Shown piece by piece: positions 19,175 to 28,811 of a stretch of 34,461 nt of DNA. The stretch's first letter is position 1. The number at the start of each line of letters is the position of its first letter. The notes below the pieces were generated by a model. It was not told the origin of the DNA, made no database searches, and saw nothing but the letters and a program-made list of their open reading frames with translations. Source of the stretch: Trichomonas gallinae (lineage: Eukaryota). Where the stretch lies: assembly GCA_008369845.1 (NCBI GenBank), contig MRSU01010065.1:1-34461 (forward strand), written 5' to 3'. Made by a program: the position numbers and the translations under genes.

Positions 19175-19550
19175 ATGATTGAACTATGCTTTCGTTTTAT
19201 ATATTAAAATCGAGTACATCAATGAGATTAAACATACGATATTTGAAGATGAAGATTATGCTATTGTAGGCGATGACTCTAGTAAAGATAAAAATGGTTG
19301 CTGCCGATTCAGAAAAAAAGTTCACCAGATATCATCCATTTACTGTGTTATGGAAGTTTCACAAAATGCATACTATCATTGTTATAATACAAGAAGTCTA
19401 ACAATTCCAGAAGGAAAAGGAAAAAATTGTTTACAAAGCGTTTTACGATTGTCAAGTGCATATAAAACAACTTGTCTTGCACTATAATGCTTCATATTAT
19501 ATTTCGGTCCATGACTGTTTTGGATGAATTTTGTTCGATGTATATATTAG
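19175..19550 (+). pseudogene. BspA-like array copy 5, degraded
   Basis: IEYINEIKHTIFEDEDYAIVGDDSSKDKNG matches the array N-terminus. There is an internal deletion, then a +1 frameshift at the A-run 19421-19426 continuing IVYKAFYDCQVHIKQLVL (cf. IGYKAFYLCYISLKQLYL), then stops. 3' end approximate. Confidence 0.8.
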
Positions 19551-19709
19551 TAATATTCGATTTCTTCAAAAAATGTCTAATTCATAATTCTGAATTATAA
19601 AATCTTGTATTAAAACACTTCATACAGCTAGTATTTTGTTCATGTATAGTTAATAGTTGTTTTTAATTGTATAAGCAATCTATCTTTATTCAAATTAGGA
19701 AAAATTTAT

Positions 19710-19943
19710 TTAAACTTCCTTTTCTAACAATGGAGCATTCATCTTTTCTGGTATATCATCATCACTACGCTTAAAGCATAAGAAAAGAACTGAGAGAACA
19801 ATGAATAATATTGCACCAATAACTGAGCAAAAAACTAAAGTCAAGTCTGGGACGCCTGATTTAGATGTTGGATGTGGAGATCTTGTTGGACTACTTGTAT
19901 TAATTGAAACCATTAAGGATGTAATGAAATATAAGAGAAGCAT
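19710..19943 (-). CDS. Small single-pass membrane protein (77 aa)
   Basis: Signal-like N-terminus, S/T/P-rich linker, TM helix (LVFCSVIGAILFIVLSVLFLCF), KR stop-transfer and an acidic tail ending APLLEKEV. TCATA initiator 7 nt before ATG; stop overlaps TAAA. Confidence 0.75.
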   Translation of the reverse strand: MLLLYFITSLMVSINTSSPTRSPHPTSKSGVPDLTLVFCSVIGAILFIVLSVLFLCFKRSDDDIPEKMNAPLLEKEV

Positions 19944-20778
19944 AACAAGTTATGAAAAAATTTTTAAAAATTGAATGAAAAATGATCCCCATAAATCAAA
20001 TATTGATCCCCGCTCAAATTAACCTCGCGAAAATTCTTGATGCAGACACATAATAATGCTTTTATATTTTTTCTTTCAATTTTTTATTCGATTAAGGAAA
20101 TGATGGTAACTAGTTATATGATGCGAACGTGAGAATTTAAAAATATTGAATGGGAGAATTATACGTTATTTTCTTTCAAATAAATTGAATATTGTAAATG
20201 TCAAAAAAATATTTACGTGTCAAAAAAATTCAAATCAATTTTAAAAATCATTTTTGAGGAATTTTCTCTGACATTCAATTGTCATTCTAACTGATACTTT
20301 TACTAATTCGTAATTTTACAATAAATGCAACTTGTTGGGCGTTGAGCAAAATGTTATTTATATTTTCATCTCTTTGCCTTCAATAAACACAGAAAAAGAG
20401 TTATTTCTTGCTAGATTCGGGTTTTGAAAACGGTTTATTGTGCATTGTGCATATGTATTTTGATTCTTTTGGATTAAAACTTTTATCCAAGGCAAGATGC
20501 TTATTTTGAAAAATAGTTAATATCAATGCAATATGTACTTGATGTTGATGAATACTATATTGATTGTACAGATATAATTTCTTGTTGTATCTAGCAATAT
20601 GAAGCGTAAACTTGAAAGCTTCAATATTTTTCTTCATCCGAAATTACTGGCTGATTTTTTATGCAATATCTTTTAAATTAGGCTGCAATAGATACACTGA
20701 TTTAAAAAAAAAGAATAAATAAAATAAGAAACAAAATTCAAACATTTAAAAAATAATATCAAACAAAAAAACATAAAA

Positions 20779-23760
20779 TTAATATAGTGGTGGTGCAGAT
20801 GCTGTTTGTTTTGGAATTTTCCTCCTTAGTGGTGAGTAAGAAAGAGGAATTGGCATCTTCACGCTTCTCTTGAAATTCGATTCACTAGGTACTGTAGGTA
20901 TCATGATAACTTTTCTTTCTTTCATCGAGTATGACATTGAGCTTGCAACGCCTTGCTGAAGTTGCCTGATCTGGCTGGTCAGCTCCCTCTCTCTTGAAAG
21001 AGGCGACAGTTCAGGGAGCTTCTTTGGTGGAGGTGGTGGTGGATTCTCCATATCTTTGTTGAGGTGAGCTTTAGGATGATATCTTTCCATGTTTATGAAC
21101 TCTTCCATCTGTTTAATTGCTTCGAAAGCGTCCAAAGTCTTTTCCTTCTCCTCGCTCTCAATTTGCTCTGTGCTGGTGTTTTCAGGGCTATTTGAGTCTT
21201 TGAGTGGAGTGAAGCTTGGAATCTCTGCTTGTTGCTGCATATTTGGATCAGGCTGGAAAGGCGTGAATCTCATTGACATGTTCGCCCTGATCTTCTTCAT
21301 GTGTTTAGCTTCTGTTTCGAATGGTTTATCAACAACCCATGTTGATCTGTCGTTGAGATCCCAGTGGCTGTCGTCGACGAAAGTGCCAACGAAATCAAAT
21401 TCAGGTGACCATAGTCTCACGCAATTATCAATTCCGCATGTTGCGATAAAACCGTTGCCAATAATCAAAATAGATGAAATTTCATCTCTATGCAATCTGC
21501 CGAATGTTTCTTTCTCGAGTCTGATTTTTTCTTCAGACTCTATTACAACCATCCACTTCTTGAAGTAGCCGAGCGAATCTGCCGTGTAAAGGAATTTAGT
21601 TTTAGAGTCATATGTTATAGCAGTGATTGCAACAGGAACAGCTAAGTCTTGGCAGAAGAAAGAATCAACCGGAACTAAATTAGGAAGAGTGAACATCGAA
21701 ATATATCCATCGCTGTCACCGACAATTACGAATTCGTCTTCTATTATGCAAACTGATTCGATTCCTGATTCAATTGTTCTCTTTGCCATTATTTTGTTGA
21801 GAACAGCGTGAAAAGAAACCAATTCTCCAGAAAATGTACAACTGATTATTCCATTCTTGAACATTGCTAAGCAAGAAATATCATCACTGTGGCCAGTGAA
21901 TCTTCTCGTCAACTCAAAACTTCCTTTTTCGACCTCTATATAAAGAAAAACTTCTCTATCCCATCCTGCCCTCGCTAGCATGTCTTTTCCATCAATGACA
22001 CCATTAATCATTGTTGAAATCAGCAAATTTCCATCCAATCTCATTTGTTCCAATAAACCACCGCTGTTGTAATTCCACAAACTTAGTGTATTATCATAAG
22101 ATGATGTGAACAGTCTTCTGCCGCTTATATCTAGACAGGCTGCCGCAACATCATGGCTTGGCCCTTTGTGCGGTGTCATTTGTATCGCAGTGAGTTTGCC
22201 TGTTTCAGCTGAATGAACTTTTATGCAACAAGCAGTATCTACTGTAACAATGTCGCGAAATTCAGGTGAATAGAAACAGCCAATAATTGCTCTATTGTGT
22301 GTAGCAATGCTTTCACTCTCAAGAGAGAAGCTGACTTCTTCTCCCCAAGCGTTTAATTGGTTCGCGGCAACAATTAAAACTTTTCTTCTATCATCGAAAA
22401 TCACTGCTGAATATCTATTCTCCGGCTGCATTGATGATCCATCTTGGAATGCTCTAATTAATCTGTAGTTCTGCGCATCCCATAGCTTAAACTCTTTCTT
22501 GTTGGTAATTGTTAAAATATAATTATCTCCGCTTGTTGTGTTGTATTCTACCAAATGAGTAATAACATTATAATGTCCACCTAATTTGAAAATCTTTCTC
22601 GATGATTCAGCGCTCCATATATAGGCATCTCTCGAGACTCCGATAGTTGCAATCATTCTCTGGCGCTCACTGTATACGAAAGCCATCATTGGCTCCTCAG
22701 ACACTAAAGACTGAATGATATTAAACGTTTTTGAATAATCGTCGTAATTCCATAAATGAATTTTTCCGTCAATCGAAGAAGAAGCAAAACAAGACCTCTG
22801 CTTGATTGTCGAGATCTGTGTGATTCCATCTGAATGGAATTCGAGCTTTGAGAACTTTGTGCATTTGAAATCTGTTCCAGATCTTCTCTTTGGAGCTGAT
22901 AAATTGAAGACTTCAATCAATCCACGGTCATCACCAACAAAAAACGTTGCACAGTCAGAGAAAAGCTCTAATTCCGATACATGGATGCAGTTTGGCATAT
23001 TATATAATGGAGGCAGAACATTATCGAGAGTATTGAGCGCGATGTTGGCTTCTTCGATAGACATGTGTTTAATGGCTTGTCCTGATGGACTTGCATCGAT
23101 TGTTATTGGTAATTTCGTAAAAGTTTGCAAATCGTAAAAAACTAAACGACGTTGCGTTGTTGCTAGTGCGAGAACTTGATATGTATCGAATATAGCACCT
23201 GTTACATACTTTACACCTTCATTTATCATTCTTGTGAACGTCAAATCGCCAATTTTCCATAATCTTACTGAATCTGTGCTAATTGTAATATATTCGTTAG
23301 TTCTCGAGCTTATAAGTATGGTTGATATCATATCTCTGTGTACATGTGTCTTTCCTGGTGTTGCTGTTTTAATTTTATCAATAAAATGTGCAGATTCGTT
23401 TGTTGTGCTTCTCTGTACAATTGACGCATCTTTTACTAGATACTGTACAAGTCTAGTCCATGTAATTCGTCCTTCTGAGTTTGCATCGATTTTTTTGAAT
23501 AAAGTTTCGAATTCTTCTGCGGAAACATGTCCATCTTGTATGACATTTTGTATTCCTGACTTCATCCATTGCTTTAAAGTAATGCTTCCGACTTTATCGC
23601 TGTCAGCATCTTCGAATTTTGTTCGCAATCTTGTCAAAAAACGTTGTTTTGCGGCATTACTGCGCTGCAATCGCTTCCTGTCGATGCGTGAGATGGCATC
23701 ACGTGGAGGAACTTTCCAGATGTGGGCATCTTGCGCAGTAATATCTAAACTTTCATTCAT
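20779..23760 (-). CDS. EF-hand + WD40-repeat protein (WDR49/WDR64/EFCAB8-like architecture, possibly flagellar)
   Basis: EF-hand pair (DADSDKVGSITLKQW; FKKIDANSEGRITW), many GH...W[D/N/S] repeats, Pro-rich tail. The ORF-track TTG start overlaps a TCATT initiator, so the ATG at 23760 is the likely start. Confidence 0.88.
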   Translation of the reverse strand: MNESLDITAQDAHIWKVPPRDAISRIDRKRLQRSNAAKQRFLTRLRTKFEDADSDKVGSITLKQWMKSGIQNVIQDGHVSAEEFETLFKKIDANSEGRITWTRLVQYLVKDASIVQRSTTNESAHFIDKIKTATPGKTHVHRDMISTILISSRTNEYITISTDSVRLWKIGDLTFTRMINEGVKYVTGAIFDTYQVLALATTQRRLVFYDLQTFTKLPITIDASPSGQAIKHMSIEEANIALNTLDNVLPPLYNMPNCIHVSELELFSDCATFFVGDDRGLIEVFNLSAPKRRSGTDFKCTKFSKLEFHSDGITQISTIKQRSCFASSSIDGKIHLWNYDDYSKTFNIIQSLVSEEPMMAFVYSERQRMIATIGVSRDAYIWSAESSRKIFKLGGHYNVITHLVEYNTTSGDNYILTITNKKEFKLWDAQNYRLIRAFQDGSSMQPENRYSAVIFDDRRKVLIVAANQLNAWGEEVSFSLESESIATHNRAIIGCFYSPEFRDIVTVDTACCIKVHSAETGKLTAIQMTPHKGPSHDVAAACLDISGRRLFTSSYDNTLSLWNYNSGGLLEQMRLDGNLLISTMINGVIDGKDMLARAGWDREVFLYIEVEKGSFELTRRFTGHSDDISCLAMFKNGIISCTFSGELVSFHAVLNKIMAKRTIESGIESVCIIEDEFVIVGDSDGYISMFTLPNLVPVDSFFCQDLAVPVAITAITYDSKTKFLYTADSLGYFKKWMVVIESEEKIRLEKETFGRLHRDEISSILIIGNGFIATCGIDNCVRLWSPEFDFVGTFVDDSHWDLNDRSTWVVDKPFETEAKHMKKIRANMSMRFTPFQPDPNMQQQAEIPSFTPLKDSNSPENTSTEQIESEEKEKTLDAFEAIKQMEEFINMERYHPKAHLNKDMENPPPPPPKKLPELSPLSRERELTSQIRQLQQGVASSMSYSMKERKVIMIPTVPSESNFKRSVKMPIPLSYSPLRRKIPKQTASAPPLY

Positions 23761-23909
23761 TTCTTCCTTCTGACTATTTTTCAATGATTATCGAAAAAAC
23801 GTGTTTTACGTTACATTTATTCCTGCTAATTTGCTGGTTTTATACACCAGCACTGTAATGTACAGAAAATAACACAAAAAAATGAAAAAAAATAGATGCC
23901 ATATGACAT

Positions 23910-24085
23910 TTTGACATGTAAAATATTTGAAATTCAAATTATGAAATGACATTTGACATGTAAAGATTTTCTAATTTGATTGATTATATGATAATTTGAT
24001 ATGTAAATGTTTTAATTCTGATTATGAAATCGCCTTTTGACATGTAAAGTATTAGAAATACGACTAATGTCATTTGACATGTAAA
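23910..24085. repeat. Five-unit degenerate tandem repeat with conserved core TTTGACATGTAAA
   Basis: Cores start at 23910, 23952, 23995 (TTTGATATGTAAA), 24036 and 24073; periods 42, 43, 41, 37. Confidence 0.9.
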
Positions 24086-25187
24086 GTATTAGCAAATCTG
24101 GTGACTGCATCACATAGATAGGCTAATCTCATATAACTATTAAATATCAGATACAATAATGTGGGACAGATTTGCCAGGTATGTCGGGTGCAAACTATAA
24201 TAATTTGATCTTAGCAAATAAAATAACAAAAATTTTAGGCATTTTAATAATAACGTAGAAAACTACGTCCTACCTTTTTGTTTTTGCGTTTTAATTTAGT
24301 GTTCAAGAACATTTTGTTTATTTATCAATACAAAAAGAATCAATAAAAAAAATTCGTTAACAGAGTTTTGCAATTTGTCAGATAATCATTTTATGCATAG
24401 TTTATAAATTTTTCATATATAAAAAGAGTAGATCTTGCGAATATTTAGATCAAAAATATCAATTGCTATTTAATGCTTAGTACAGGTCAATTCTGTCATA
24501 ATGTTCCATGTTTTGCACATATGAGAAAGTTTTATCGTCAAAACAACAAAATTATATTTCCAATTCATATGTTCACTCGTATAGGCTTAAATCAAAGACT
24601 GATTTGCATTAAAATCATTTTAGTGGTACTTCATTGTGCCAATATTTCGGTAAGTGCGATTATCGCAGCGAGATAATCGAAGAAGATCAGAGTGATGCAC
24701 ACAAATATGTTTGATTATACTCAAAACTAACATGATTGTCGGTAAGCAGTTTTATAACATACATTACTAAAATAGATCAATAAACATAATGATATTAATA
24801 AATTTGCCAAATAAATAGTATATTTGCTATGTAAAGCTAACTTTTCTTGGAGAATTTGACAATAAAAATCTTGTCAAAAAAAGAAAAACGGTTTTGATTT
24901 TACTTCACATAACATTCCTGTTTGTATTTTATTGCAATAATATGGAAAGATGAAAAACTGAAAAATTTCCTCATTCTCAATATTTTTCACTAACGTACGG
25001 AAAACTTGTGAAATTATAGCTGCATTGGTGTACAAAAAAAATTCTTGGCGCGAAAATATTGTGTGAGTTACCTCCACGATTTCATTCTATCGTTAGATTT
25101 TGAAGAAGAAACCGCAAAATCTATTGAATCGCTCCACTTCACTCAACGATATGATTTGAGAACCTAGCCAAACAGTCGATAAGGACT

Positions 25188-25192
25188 TCACT
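25188..25192 (+). promoter_or_regulatory. Initiator (Inr) element
   Basis: TCACT 8 nt before the HMG-box ATG. Confidence 0.6.
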
Positions 25193-25200
25193 TCTAGATA

Positions 25201-25491
25201 ATGCCAAAGTCCGGTTTCATGATCTTCAGCAAAGAAAAGCGTGCCGAAGTTAAGGAGCAAAACCCAGATATCAAGTTCGGCGATATCGCTAAGAAGTTAG
25301 GACAGATGTGGAAGGATCTCTCTGAGGAAGAGAGAAAGGTTTACTCAGACCGCGCTGCAGCTGAAAATGCTGAGAACCCAGATAAGAAGGAGAAGAAGCC
25401 AAAGAAGTCTTCAAAGTCCAAGAAGAGCAAGAAGGATGAGTCTGAGGGCGAAGAAGACGAAAAGGGCGGTGATGATGATTCTGATGAGTAA
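25201..25491 (+). CDS. HMG-box protein (HMGB/NHP6-like) with basic and acidic tail
   Basis: SGFMIFSKEKRAEVKEQNPDIKFGDIAKKLGQMWKDLSEEERKVY is a canonical HMG box, followed by a K-rich then D/E-rich tail. Confidence 0.95.
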   Translation: MPKSGFMIFSKEKRAEVKEQNPDIKFGDIAKKLGQMWKDLSEEERKVYSDRAAAENAENPDKKEKKPKKSSKSKKSKKDESEGEEDEKGGDDDSDE

Positions 25492-26537
25492 ATATATTTA
25501 TTTGATGTCTTACATAATTCTCTTTTTATTCTATTGATGAGAAATAATATCATATTTGGCGTAAACTGGCTATATCGCCTATTTTCAGCCTGTATGGGTG
25601 GTAGTAATTCGAGAAATACCACAGATTGAACCTTCTACGGTAACCCACGTAAGATAATGATGCCAATAAAATGTTATCGACAACAGTATGTCGTTAAGCG
25701 ACAAAAATTTACAGTAGCCTATGCCGATATATTTTCCCCAGGTAACCAATTTACGATCTGCTGGTTCCTTCGGCAAACATGGTTTCCACGCATAATTAGC
25801 GGAGCTATTGCAGTATTTTTTGCGAACCGCTCCTGAACCAGGAGCTTTCGTGTTTTATTAGGACAAATATGTAATATCATGCTATGCTCAACCCTTAAGA
25901 TCATCTGAAAAAAATGTAATGAGCATATTGTTCATAAGCAGAATTTGTCTTATCATTCACTCGTGGAAATCTGAATCGAAATTACGCATAAAAGTGCATA
26001 TTTAAGCGAATAATGTATTTGATGATATGTTATAGGAACGGAATAAGAGCAATCCGCTGCGGCAAGAATTTTAATTACTGTAGAAAGTCTGGAATATTGA
26101 ATTCTAGGATTGGTTCTAGACCATCACTATCTATGCAAAACATCATTGATTCCGTACATATCTCGGTTATATTTTAAAAGCTCAAGCGCAAAATCAAAAA
26201 CAATAATTATCTAATTAAAATACCAAAAGAGTTACATGTTTCCACATTTATATCATCTTATATATCAGCAATACTCTCTAAATTTTTATCCGCTTATGTA
26301 GAAAAGTCTATATTTCGAGTCTTTAAAATTTGATTTTGCCAATTCCTATTTCAAAGTTCAATATATAAATTCTATGGTATTTCTAATGCAATGATTATAT
26401 TTCAAAGACATCAACTCGAATTTTGTTATTGGATTTATGAGAACCAACAGCTCTTCTATTAAAGACTATATGTATTTTTACGATGATACTTGCATGCAAA
26501 GCATTGCAAAAACGAAATAATAAATTGGTGAATTAAA

Positions 26538-27560
26538 TTATGGTTCTAAATGAAGTTCAGCTTGCAACACAGATTGTGGCTTTTCTTTAGGTTTGACAAA
26601 GCCCAATGCCAGAGATAAAATAATGAATATAATTCCAATCACACATAATATGATTTCGAAGGCCAGATAATACTTCCATTCACGTAGGAAGGCTACACCA
26701 ACGATAACTCCAACGATCAATTGGCCAAATGGAACAAGATTTGTTCCAAATGATCCTAACGTGGAAACTAAGAAAAGAAGACATTGTACAGCAACTCCTG
26801 ACACTAAAATACCAACAATTACGGGCCATAACCAAGCAATTGGTGGAGCTTCACTAACCATTTTATGAATTTTCTTCGGACCATCGAAACAAAGCATCCA
26901 GATTAAGTTCCATATAACCGATGCAAACAACTGAATGGCAACACCTGTTGTAACATCCGAATTCGGACATTTCCATTTATAAAATACAGGAGCAATGCCA
27001 AACATTACAACTGATATGAAAACAAGGAAATAACCAAGCAGCATTTGGTTCGTTGTTGCACCAGTAGACTCAGCATGTCTGAATGAAGGAATTCCGCATA
27101 ATGCAACACCGACGATTGAAGCCAAAATAGACCAAAACTTCATCCACGAAAAAGGTTCATCCGGGAGAACAAAGTGTGCCATGATAGCCCCGGCGCCTGT
27201 TGAAATAGGAAGCATGATTTGAACATTCGCTGAGCTAACCCATTTCTGGGCAACAGCAATCAAACAATGTGGTGTACCTAAGTTCAAAAGTCCATCAATA
27301 ATCATCCAAACAATCGGCATTGCGCCCTTCGTAAAATGATCTTTTACAATTTGGATATATGTACCATCTCTGTTTAGAATACAACGTATACCAAGGAGAG
27401 CTACTGTAAACATAAATCCAAAAAGCATTCTAAATGTTTGGAATAATCCGGCCGAAAAGAAAACCAATCCTTTAGCAACAAAAGCGTAACTGGCACCATA
27501 TAATATAGCTGCAACTGCAAATACAATGCCAGAAGTTACACTGCAATTCATCTCTTTCAT
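26538..27560 (-). CDS. EamA/DMT-family integral membrane transporter
   Basis: 340 aa, about 10 TM segments in two repeats; LYGASYAFVAKGL, FQTFRMLFG, AHFVLPDEP, GVAFLRE. TCACA initiator upstream. Confidence 0.88.
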   Translation of the reverse strand: MKEMNCSVTSGIVFAVAAILYGASYAFVAKGLVFFSAGLFQTFRMLFGFMFTVALLGIRCILNRDGTYIQIVKDHFTKGAMPIVWMIIDGLLNLGTPHCLIAVAQKWVSSANVQIMLPISTGAGAIMAHFVLPDEPFSWMKFWSILASIVGVALCGIPSFRHAESTGATTNQMLLGYFLVFISVVMFGIAPVFYKWKCPNSDVTTGVAIQLFASVIWNLIWMLCFDGPKKIHKMVSEAPPIAWLWPVIVGILVSGVAVQCLLFLVSTLGSFGTNLVPFGQLIVGVIVGVAFLREWKYYLAFEIILCVIGIIFIILSLALGFVKPKEKPQSVLQAELHLEP

Positions 27561-28811
27561 CTTTAATTATGTGAAAAAAAAAAACAAAAAAAAATTCAAA
27601 GATTAAAAAAAATGATGCAAAAATAGTTGTTTTGGAATCAGAAGAATATATTGTGAAAGTGGTCTGGGTAAATCTCAATTTTTTGAGAAAATTTTTCATA
27701 ATCAAAATAAAATTCTGATAATCATTCAAAAAAATCAAAAAGTGACATCCATCATTTTTTAAAAACTTAAAAATCCCAAAGCAAACAACTTTGTGAGTGT
27801 TTTTGCGTCTATAGAAATAAAATAACGTTAATTTTATATTCAAAATGATAAAAAAATGGTGGTTTAGGGACAATAAGTACGATGCAAGTTGACCAGATCA
27901 TCATTGTCGTATTTATATAGTTGTTGAGTGTTTTAGCATAAAATTGAGATTGTTTAGATCAATTCGGATAAGTACTCTTAGTTTTCCACCGCAATTTTAT
28001 TAGGATAATAATCAAATATCCCATGTGATTGTATTTCAAATGTATTTTAATATACATATCGATCGATTTTCGGTGGCTGAACAATAACCTCTTTAAATGA
28101 CTTGTATTGATTGTCATTTCTAACATATCTGTTGATTGAAATAAATGCCCCAAACGACGTTGTTATAATAAGGATTGTTATTTTATTTTAATAATATATG
28201 GATAAAAAGCCAATAAATTAGATACATTATAAATTGTTCTGAATTTACCATAACTGTTATATGCATGATATGTTTTCCAAACACCCAAAACACTGTGTTC
28301 ACTCTATATTTGAAAAGAATTTTGAAAACATATTACGGAAATAACATTTTTGAACTAGATTTTGGTATAATTATGATAGTGTATATGAATATTAAAAGGT
28401 AAAGACATATATTATATCATTATAGAATTTTGATCAAAATTTTTAAAAATTCAAAAAATAATCAATGCATTACAAGAGCAAAGAATCATATTTACAATTT
28501 TTACACTTCTGATGACTTGAAATGAATTTTTTGATTTATGAAAAAATATACCAAGACTAAAGTCCAAATTTCACTAGAGATATATGTGTTCTGCTTGATC
28601 TAAGTTGATATTAATAAGTCCTAAGCATCAAATAGAAAAATTATTTTCAAAGCAAATATCGTTTTATTGGTCCAATATTATGATGCGAAACTTATGAAAT
28701 AGCTGAAATAGACGATATTCTATCTATATCTAGAATATTACAAGTTAATTCATTAACAATAATTTTTTTAATGAAGGATAATAATATAAAGACAATTAAT
28801 AAACGTGCACT

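Noticed and set aside
20401..20637. 78-aa ORF and other short intergenic ORFs (24473, 24874, 27472, 27959, 30761, 32544, 34022)
   Set aside because: AT-driven F/I/K/N composition, no motifs and no supporting promoter context.
21089..23773. Long + strand ORFs opposite the WD40 gene, and similar shadow ORFs at 887, 3361, 3468, 4919, 5345, 6299, 6740, 9436, 11498, 25341, 29771, 32885 and 33512
   Set aside because: Antisense shadows of real genes with no recognisable motifs.
23910..24085. CRISPR array interpretation of the regularly spaced 13-mer
   Set aside because: The core is too short, the spacers resemble each other, there are no cas genes, and the context is eukaryotic.
25574..25790. Partial resemblance to U2 snRNA (ATCGC...GTAGTA) and, on the minus strand, to SRP helix 8 (GAAGGAA..AGCAG)
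   Set aside because: The conserved U2 AAGATCAAGT and the SRP 5' CAGG strand are missing.
26081..26470. GAAAGTCTG as an RNase P/MRP CR-I motif
   Set aside because: No convincing complementary CR-V and an unstructured AT-rich context.
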